Shown: positions 1-5,773 of the stretch, one piece after another | How positions within the stretch are numbered: position 1 is the stretch's first letter | Layout: each line of letters starts with the position of its first letter | Assembly (NCBI GenBank): GCA_965612865.1 | Contig: CBFDTJ010000078.1 | Coordinates: 1-5,773, forward strand | Direction: 5' to 3' | DNA from: an uncultured bacterium | Lineage (GTDB): Bacteria > Caldisericota > Caldisericia > B22-G15 | Length of the DNA: 5,773 bases | Made by a program: the position numbers and the translations under genes | The notes under the pieces: generated by a model | What the model was told of the DNA's origin: nothing | The model's input: the letters and a program-made list of their open reading frames with translations, nothing else | The model's database searches: none

Positions 1-70
1 AATGATACGGCGACCACCGAGATCTACACCTAAGCCTTCGTCGGCAGCGTCAGATGTGTATAAGAGACAG
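1..70 (+). other. Sequencing artefact: Illumina Nextera P5 adapter + i5 index + Read 1 primer/Tn5 mosaic end
   Basis: Exact match to known oligos: AATGATACGGCGACCACCGAGATCTACAC (P5, 1-29), CTAAGCCT (8-nt i5 index, N/S508, 30-37), TCGTCGGCAGCGTC (38-51), AGATGTGTATAAGAGACAG (19-bp mosaic end, 52-70). Confidence 0.99.
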
Positions 71-1836
71 CTTAAGACCTTCTCAAAATCATTCCAATCA
101 ATTTTTCTTTTTGCCAATATTTTGTTAAGTTCTTTAACCTCCTTTAGAATATTTCCATCAAGATTAAGAGATTTTGTTGTCTTTTCAAGATAGGGCTTAA
201 GTTCAGAGACCACCTTTATCTTTTCTGTTATGTATTCTGATTGTTCTTCCTCTATGAAGAAATCAAGTTGAAGCTGCTCCTTAGGCTTCTGTCTCTTAAT
301 ATCCACATATCCAATAAGAGAATTTCCATCCCTCAGATTAAAATGAACATTTGGAAATCTTATGAAAATATCTTTTTCTTTTCCTACTTTAAAGTGTTTT
401 GCAAGGGTTAAAAATAATCTTGCCTTTGCCACTTTCAAAGCAGAAGGATTAATGTCCACTCCATAGATGTTCTTTGAAAGAATTATAAAGAATTTGATGA
501 GCAGTTTAAATTTATCATCATCCGATATTTCAAGCAGATTTATTGTTTTGATTTCACCTTTCTCATCCGCTGCTATAATTTCCAACCCTTTCTTTATGCC
601 CAGTTCTATTGCTTTTTCCTTAATTTTCTCATATATGTTCACAAGCACATTTATAGCACTTTCAAGGAAGTGAGCAGAACCGGCAGCGGGATCAAGAATT
701 TTTATCTCCTTAAGTTGTTCAAAAAGATAAAGAAGAATTTCCCTATCGTTACTTTCGATTATCTGATCAATAGCTTCAAAGTTTCTCTTGAATTTCTCGT
801 TGACTCTATCAACAAGATATGGCTCAATGGTGTTTTTGCAGATATAAGAAGTTATTTCCTCTGGTGTGTAATAAGCCCCTAATTTTTTCCTTTCCATGTA
901 GGTGATTAACTTCTCATAGATTGCACCAAGCACAAACTCATCTATGTTGCCCTCTGTCCAGTCTCTACTTTCAAATAGATTTAAAAGAGAAACTTCCTTA
1001 CTCACTTTCTTTGGCGGGGTGTTTATCAAGCTATCAGTCATTCCTTCTTGGTAGAAGCATTTATCAGGAATTGATATTGCTTTACTGTGCTCACCGTTTA
1101 AGAAAATAGCAGGTCCTATAACAACTGCCCTTCCAACGATTTTATCTTCATAATATTCACTCTCCAAATTATTGCTTACTTTTTCAAAGAAATATGTGAG
1201 AAATTCATAATAGTTTTTGAATCCACCAAAAAGTTTTTTCTGCTTAAACTCTTTAAACTTGGTAATGAAGTAGTTTTTATCATTGTTGAAAAATCCCCTT
1301 TCCTGCAGATACCAGAGAGTAAGCATTTGCATCATGAAATTATCAACAAATTCCTCTCTCTTTTCTTCTTCAGGTATACCCTTGATGTTTTTAAGCAGAT
1401 ACTCTCTTGCCTTCTTATAAAGAATATAAAACTCTTCAATTACATCGCTCCTGTCAAATAATTTGCTGAAATTTTCTTCTTTTGGTTCACTCAGAGCTTT
1501 TTTGAGTTTATTCAAAAATGTTTTATTGATTTTCTTAAGAGTTTTTATTATGTACTTGTTCTTTCTGTAATCTTTAAGGAGCAGATGACCGTCATAAAGA
1601 ATAATGCCTATTCTTGGTGCATATCCGCTGACCGGTGGTTTATATCTGGTTTTTAAATATGAAACTTCACTCTTATTATCTACCTCAACAAACAGGAAAC
1701 CTTCAAAGATGTTTAGATCCTCATCGCAAAGCTCAGGAACAATGTAAAGAGTATATTGTTTATCTGATATTCTGATATGTTTTACCTTATATTTTTGAAG
1801 TTCTTTTAACAGAAATTTGTGTATTTGTTCCTTCAT
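71..1836 (-). CDS. Eco57I/type IIG-like (gamma-class) amino-DNA methyltransferase, probably N6-adenine, 3'-truncated at the adapter junction (about 588 codons visible)
   Basis: Manual translation from ATG at 1836 (MKEQIHKFLLKELQKY...) gives no stop down to base 71. Motifs in the expected order: LFDRSDVIEEFY, LGAIYEKL, motif X GAYYTP (879-862), SAM-binding motif I ILDPAAGSAHFL (699-664), NIYGVDIN (471-448), NLRDGNSLIG (339-310). The catalytic NPPY motif IV is not reached within the window. Confidence 0.93.
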
Positions 1837-1841
1837 AGACT

Positions 1842-1847
1842 ATCACC
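1842..1847 (-). promoter_or_regulatory. Probable Shine-Dalgarno (GGTGAT) for the methyltransferase, overlapping the TGA stop of the upstream gene
   Basis: Minus strand reads ...GTA TGG TGA TAG TCT ATG AAG. GGTGAT matches the 3' part of the extended SD consensus AGGAGGTGAT and lies 5 nt before the ATG at 1836. Confidence 0.55.
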
Positions 1848-4002
1848 ATACACAATTGCATTTTATTTTTCTATAATCCAGCCCTAATGCTGACCACATC
1901 TCAATAGTTTCCTTACACAAACCAACTCTTTCGAATCCGTAGGTTTTATGTAGTGTATTTATAATGGTATGGTACATTTCATATCTTGTTTTGAAATCTA
2001 CTTTTCTTCCCCAATTTGAAGATTCTTTCAAATATTTAACCCATGTCCTATCAGTACATCCATTGATAGTGCTTTGCAACCCCCTTAATGAACCTAAGGT
2101 TATTCTTTCTGGTGTAAGATTATTAAAAATCAAGTCAAGTAGTTGCAAATAATATTTCTGCCAATTTTCTATTGGGACCATAGGATCTATTCTAATTCTC
2201 ACTTCATAACCGGCCTCGAAAACTTTTCGTGCTGCTTCTATTCTTTTTAATACATGGGGAGCCTTTTCCCATCTTTCTGCTACTGGAATCGCATTAAGAC
2301 TAAAACTAATTATTACTTGTTTATGAGGCTCAATTTCCAATAAATTTTTAACATTTGCTGATTTTGTAACAAATAAAACTTTATGCCTTTGCTGCTTTTC
2401 AAAAAGTGGAATTATAAACTTTGTAAATGGTAGCTTGGCTTGCTCATTCATTAAAGAATCAGCAATTTCTCCTGTATTTAAAATCTCTGGTTCTTTGACT
2501 TCACTTAAAAATCTTTCCACATGTAATCTAATTTTATCATACGGTTTTACTACTGGAGATTTGCCTTCGGGTCTAAATCTAAATGTTCCCTTAAGGTAAC
2601 ACCAAGCACAGTCATAAGGACAACCATAAGCCCACTTAAGTTCAAGGAAATGAGGGCAAATAATATCTGTTTTCTTCTTAGGTAAAGGTGTTTTGTCAAA
2701 TCTTTTAATAATAGATCCATCTCCTACTTTTGTAACCAAAATTTTCTTTCTCCCATCTAAAAGAGAGTATACTTTATAATAAACTTTAACTTGGGATTTT
2801 CTTAAATTAGTATCTACTAATAAAATAGAGTGCTTCAGGTTAGACTTCGGAAAGATTATTTTATCTTTTCCGCTCAAACCTTTTGTCGTTTTTGAAGTGA
2901 CCCTTATTATGTTTACTCTTCCTTCCTTTTCAAGTTCTTTCAATGCTTGTCTATATTCTTTTTCTACAAATCGAGTATCTTGATATGTTTCTTCCAAAAT
3001 TTCATCAAAAGTTTTACTTTTTCCTTTAAATATTTTCAAAAGATATTCTTTAAGAGAAGATATAGTGTCATCAAATAGCTTTTGCTGATGTCGGTATAAA
3101 CTTTCCTTAGGTCCTAACCATGCAAAATTCCCTGATGCACCTTGTTTTTTCATTATATCCTTCATTATTTTCAACCCGTGAAAATGATTCGTCGCATGTA
3201 TAAGATAATAAAGAGTTTGGTACTTCTCATCCATATAAACTCTGAAAGGAAATACATATTTTATCCCCGCTATTTCCTTTAAAGATTTTACATATAGATT
3301 CAAAAGCGCTCTGTCTCTTTCCTCCCAACTTTGAATTTGATAAATTTGTTTCCATTCGGAAGTTGGGTATAAAGCATTTAAATGCTTTTCAACCTGCGGC
3401 AACCCTAAAAAGCGATTTATATCACGGGTCATAAAGGTGAAAAAAATTTCAGTCCGAGGTAAAGAAAGAATATCTTTAACAGCTTCGAATGGAACTCCAC
3501 TAAATCCAAATGGATCTATGAAGAAAAAAGAAGGTGCAATTCTTACACCAACTTCTTTAACTAATTTACTTACTACATTAGCAAATTCGTCATTTATAAG
3601 TAAGATTTCTATTTTATCCTTAAATTTCAAGTTTTCTTTCTCTCTGTTAATAACAGATTGGAGGTTTTTAAAGTTATCTTTGTCTTTTTCAACAGCCACA
3701 CAAAGGAATTTATCAAAATAGGGTTTTCGCTCTTTTTGTTCACAATATCGTAATAATTCATCTGCGAGCCTTAAAGCGATTATTGGAGAACCTACAGTTA
3801 GAACTTTACCAGTTTTTTCATCAATGTACTCGCCTCTCCCTGCAAATCCATCAAAAAATATGATTTTTCTATGAAATTTTCCCAATTTAATTATCCATAC
3901 ATATAAATATTTCTTCAAAAGTTCATGTTTCACTCTTGTATGTTCCCTATATATCCATTTTTCAGGTGTTGAATCTTTATACCTCATAGTACCATCCCAC
4001 AT
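1843..4002 (-). CDS. Fusion protein: TcmP-like (three-Cys-motif partner) methyltransferase-fold domain + probable winged helix + SPL-like radical SAM domain. The start may be the second ATG at 3987 (MRYKD...)
   Basis: 719-aa uninterrupted ORF. The N-terminal ~290 aa carry TcmP-type motifs: HTRVKHELLKKYL, FFDGFAGRG (aa 49-57), GSP, FFFIDPFG (aa 159-166), TEIFFTF, YYLIHATNH..G..IMK. Residues ~313-385 are a basic helical wHTH-like segment. The C-terminal ~280 aa carry the radical SAM CxxxCxxC motif GCPYDCAWCYL (C461/465/468, nt 2622-2599) and SPL-like motifs TGEIADSL, FVTKS, SFSLN, RIEAA....AGYEVRIRIDPMVP, LCKE. Confidence 0.9.
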   Translation of the reverse strand: MWDGTMRYKDSTPEKWIYREHTRVKHELLKKYLYVWIIKLGKFHRKIIFFDGFAGRGEYIDEKTGKVLTVGSPIIALRLADELLRYCEQKERKPYFDKFLCVAVEKDKDNFKNLQSVINREKENLKFKDKIEILLINDEFANVVSKLVKEVGVRIAPSFFFIDPFGFSGVPFEAVKDILSLPRTEIFFTFMTRDINRFLGLPQVEKHLNALYPTSEWKQIYQIQSWEERDRALLNLYVKSLKEIAGIKYVFPFRVYMDEKYQTLYYLIHATNHFHGLKIMKDIMKKQGASGNFAWLGPKESLYRHQQKLFDDTISSLKEYLLKIFKGKSKTFDEILEETYQDTRFVEKEYRQALKELEKEGRVNIIRVTSKTTKGLSGKDKIIFPKSNLKHSILLVDTNLRKSQVKVYYKVYSLLDGRKKILVTKVGDGSIIKRFDKTPLPKKKTDIICPHFLELKWAYGCPYDCAWCYLKGTFRFRPEGKSPVVKPYDKIRLHVERFLSEVKEPEILNTGEIADSLMNEQAKLPFTKFIIPLFEKQQRHKVLFVTKSANVKNLLEIEPHKQVIISFSLNAIPVAERWEKAPHVLKRIEAARKVFEAGYEVRIRIDPMVPIENWQKYYLQLLDLIFNNLTPERITLGSLRGLQSTINGCTDRTWVKYLKESSNWGRKVDFKTRYEMYHTIINTLHKTYGFERVGLCKETIEMWSALGLDYRKIKCNCVW

Positions 4003-5773
4003 GCTTAACTCTAACTTTTAGAGATTCTATATCTGTAAGTCCTTTCTCTCTGAAAAATTCGTATAAGGTTTCAACAACACCCTTGAAATCTTTGATAACT
4101 ACGTTATCCCTGTTCAGCTCAATAAGGTTTTTACCAGTAAGTAGCGGTTTTGTTTCTCTTGAGTAAAGATAATATGGAATGGTCTGGAGCGCAGTCATAA
4201 CAACCTTAAATTTGTTTTCAATACCTTCTGCCTTTTTTCTTTCCACAAGCAGAGCGTTATATAGGTTGTAAAGAAATCCTTTTTGCTCCTGTCTATAACC
4301 TTCTTTAAGCTCTTCAACAGTTATATCTGTCTTTTCTTTCATTTTCTTTAAATTTTCAACAACATTCTCGATTCTTTGTGGAGCTTTTTCTTTTCTTTTA
4401 ATTAAATTGAGAAAGATAAGCGGAGTTTCATATTGTATTTCTCCATTTTTTGATATACTCATTATTTTTTTCATAATTTTGTACTTTCCACGGTAGAATT
4501 CATAAATACTCACGACCTTATTCTCACCATCAATAAATGAATAATAAGGCCCATCTCCCATCTTCATAACTTCCTTAAAATCATCTACTGTATAACCAAG
4601 TTCATATTGAATTAGGTTTAAAAGCTTATATTCATCAAGTTGCTCCTTCGGTATTCCTTCAGGAATAAATTCTTTAAAATCCTCTGAGATCCCATATTGT
4701 TCTAAGTCTGTCATGGAAAGTTTTGATATATCTTTGATTTTCTCGCCGAAGGTTTCTATGCTTATTTCTTCCTCTGGAGACAATATCTTTACATCCTTAC
4801 CCACTATTAGAGTTATATCTTCGATCTTTTCCTTGAGCTTTCTAAGAACACCAACTATAACTTCTATTTCATCAGATGGAACATAGTTTATTACATAAAC
4901 ATCCTTTTCATTGCCTATTCTGTTAACCCTTCCAACTCTCTGAACAATAATCATTGGATTCCACGGCAAATCATAATTTATAACGGCATCCGCATCTTGA
5001 AGGTTTACTCCCTCACTCAATGCATCAGTTGATATCAAAATCTCAATCTCTCCAAATTTTCTTACCTCTTCAAAACCATTATTTGCTGTAGGAGCAAAGC
5101 GCTTTATGTAGTTTATCTTTGTTGGTGTTTCTGTATCTCCTGTTACAAGTGCTATTTTGATCCTATCCTTTTCGTCCTTAAGCCATGTATGTAAGTCAAC
5201 CTCTTTTTTTATCCATTCCCGGAGATTATGATAGAGATAATAAGCGGTATCTCTATATTGTGTAAAAATTATGATTTTCCTTCGATTCAATGATGGGATA
5301 TTTTTATCTTTTAATTTTTCTGACATAAAAGAAGGATTTCCTATTATCTGTTTCAGTGATTCAAGTTTTGGATCTTGTGAATACACATATATTGGAAGAT
5401 CAACAATATCCTCTTTTTTCCTTGGAATTTTGCCAAGGATCTTAAATTCTCCGTTTTCTTTCAATTTATCAAATTCAAAAAATATACTATCCATAAACCT
5501 CAGATCATTTTCTAAATTCTCAAGAACCTTCTTTAGTCCAAGTTTTAGCAGCTCAATATCTGAATACTGTTTTCCTTCTTCTTTTAACTCCTCTGCATAT
5601 TCAAGGAGAATTTTTACTACTCTATCAAACCAGGTTTCTTCATCCTCTTCTTCTATATTGTATTCTTCCTTAATCTCCTCAAGCTCTTTATCTATTTTCG
5701 CTCTCTCAACTGCAGATCTGATCAGGTCTTCAAGATAATCTTCATTCAAGATTTTATCCATTTCTGCCTTGAA
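3977..5773 (-). CDS. SNF2-like superfamily-2 helicase/translocase, C-terminal RecA2 domain plus ~300-aa tail, 5'-truncated by the window edge
   Basis: DPKL, motif IV KIIIFTQYRDTA (~5278-5243), motif V STDALSEGVNLQ (5032-4997), INYDLPWNP and motif VI QRVGRVNRIG (4942-4913). The frame stays open upstream of the ATG at 5761 (TTC AAG GCA GAA to base 5773) and Walker A/DExH motifs are absent, so the true start is outside the window. Confidence 0.93.
   Translation of the reverse strand, partial: FKAEMDKILNEDYLEDLIRSAVERAKIDKELEEIKEEYNIEEEDEETWFDRVVKILLEYAEELKEEGKQYSDIELLKLGLKKVLENLENDLRFMDSIFFEFDKLKENGEFKILGKIPRKKEDIVDLPIYVYSQDPKLESLKQIIGNPSFMSEKLKDKNIPSLNRRKIIIFTQYRDTAYYLYHNLREWIKKEVDLHTWLKDEKDRIKIALVTGDTETPTKINYIKRFAPTANNGFEEVRKFGEIEILISTDALSEGVNLQDADAVINYDLPWNPMIIVQRVGRVNRIGNEKDVYVINYVPSDEIEVIVGVLRKLKEKIEDITLIVGKDVKILSPEEEISIETFGEKIKDISKLSMTDLEQYGISEDFKEFIPEGIPKEQLDEYKLLNLIQYELGYTVDDFKEVMKMGDGPYYSFIDGENKVVSIYEFYRGKYKIMKKIMSISKNGEIQYETPLIFLNLIKRKEKAPQRIENVVENLKKMKEKTDITVEELKEGYRQEQKGFLYNLYNALLVERKKAEGIENKFKVVMTALQTIPYYLYSRETKPLLTGKNLIELNRDNVVIKDFKGVVETLYEFFREKGLTDIESLKVRVKHVGWYYEV

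Noticed and set aside
52..70. Tn5 mosaic end as evidence of a transposon
   Set aside because: It is the synthetic mosaic end within the adapter, and there is no transposase or second end.
2..193. 63-aa plus-strand ORF MIRRPPRSTPKPSSAASDVYKRQ...
   Set aside because: The first 23 residues are the translation of the Nextera adapter and the rest is antisense to the methyltransferase.
289..298. CTGTCTCTTA, a 10-bp inverted match to the mosaic end at 61-70 (9-bp match also at 3311-3319)
   Set aside because: The match does not extend to the rest of the mosaic end and lies within uninterrupted coding frames, so it is treated as coincidence.
467..1109. Plus-strand ORFs 467-673, 670-882 and 921-1109
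   Set aside because: Short, motif-free and antisense to the motif-bearing methyltransferase gene.
1843..2800. Calling the radical SAM domain splB (true spore photoproduct lyase)
   Set aside because: It is fused to a TcmP-like domain in an RM-like context, so only family-level similarity is supportable.
1964..3721. Plus-strand ORFs 1964-2152 and 3437-3721
   Set aside because: Antisense shadows of the fusion gene with no recognisable protein features.
1843..4002. Codon-usage evidence for foreign origin of the middle gene (CGN Arg codons present, whereas the MTase uses only AGA/AGG)
   Set aside because: The helicase also uses several CGN codons, so the contrast is not specific without a proper calculation.
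71..5182. Recurrent CTTAAG palindromes and short A/T homopolymers
   Set aside because: Explained by common Leu-Lys codon pairs and AT-rich composition. No regular spacing, CRISPR-like array or long phase-variable tract was seen.
5271..5738. 155-aa plus-strand ORF with Ser/Phe runs
   Set aside because: Its composition mirrors the Glu/Lys-rich helicase codons on the opposite strand.
5759..5761. ATG at 5761 as the helicase start
   Set aside because: The frame is open to the window edge and the N-terminal ATPase domain is missing.
71..5773. Naming the locus DISARM or BREX
   Set aside because: No drmA/drmB/drmC or brxC/pglZ genes are visible in the window, and helicase plus MTase alone is not diagnostic.

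Overview
Bases 1-70 are not biological: they are an untrimmed Illumina Nextera P5/i5 adapter. The rest (71-5773) is AT-rich, fully coding DNA with three tightly packed minus-strand genes that look like one operon, cut off at both ends. In transcription order: (1) the C-terminal part of a SNF2-type superfamily-2 helicase (>5773..3977); (2) a complete 714-719 aa fusion of a TcmP-like (three-Cys-motif partner) Rossmann methyltransferase-fold domain, a probable winged helix, and a spore-photoproduct-lyase (SPL)-like radical SAM domain (4002/3987..1843); (3) a large Eco57I/type IIG-like amino-DNA methyltransferase (1836..<71) that the supplied ORF track missed because it has no stop codon in the window. 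The most interesting signal is the TcmP-radical SAM fusion between a helicase and a DNA methyltransferase, a candidate restriction-modification-like defence locus with extra radical-SAM DNA chemistry. Family assignments come from motifs recognised by eye, with no database search. All short plus-strand ORFs are judged spurious.
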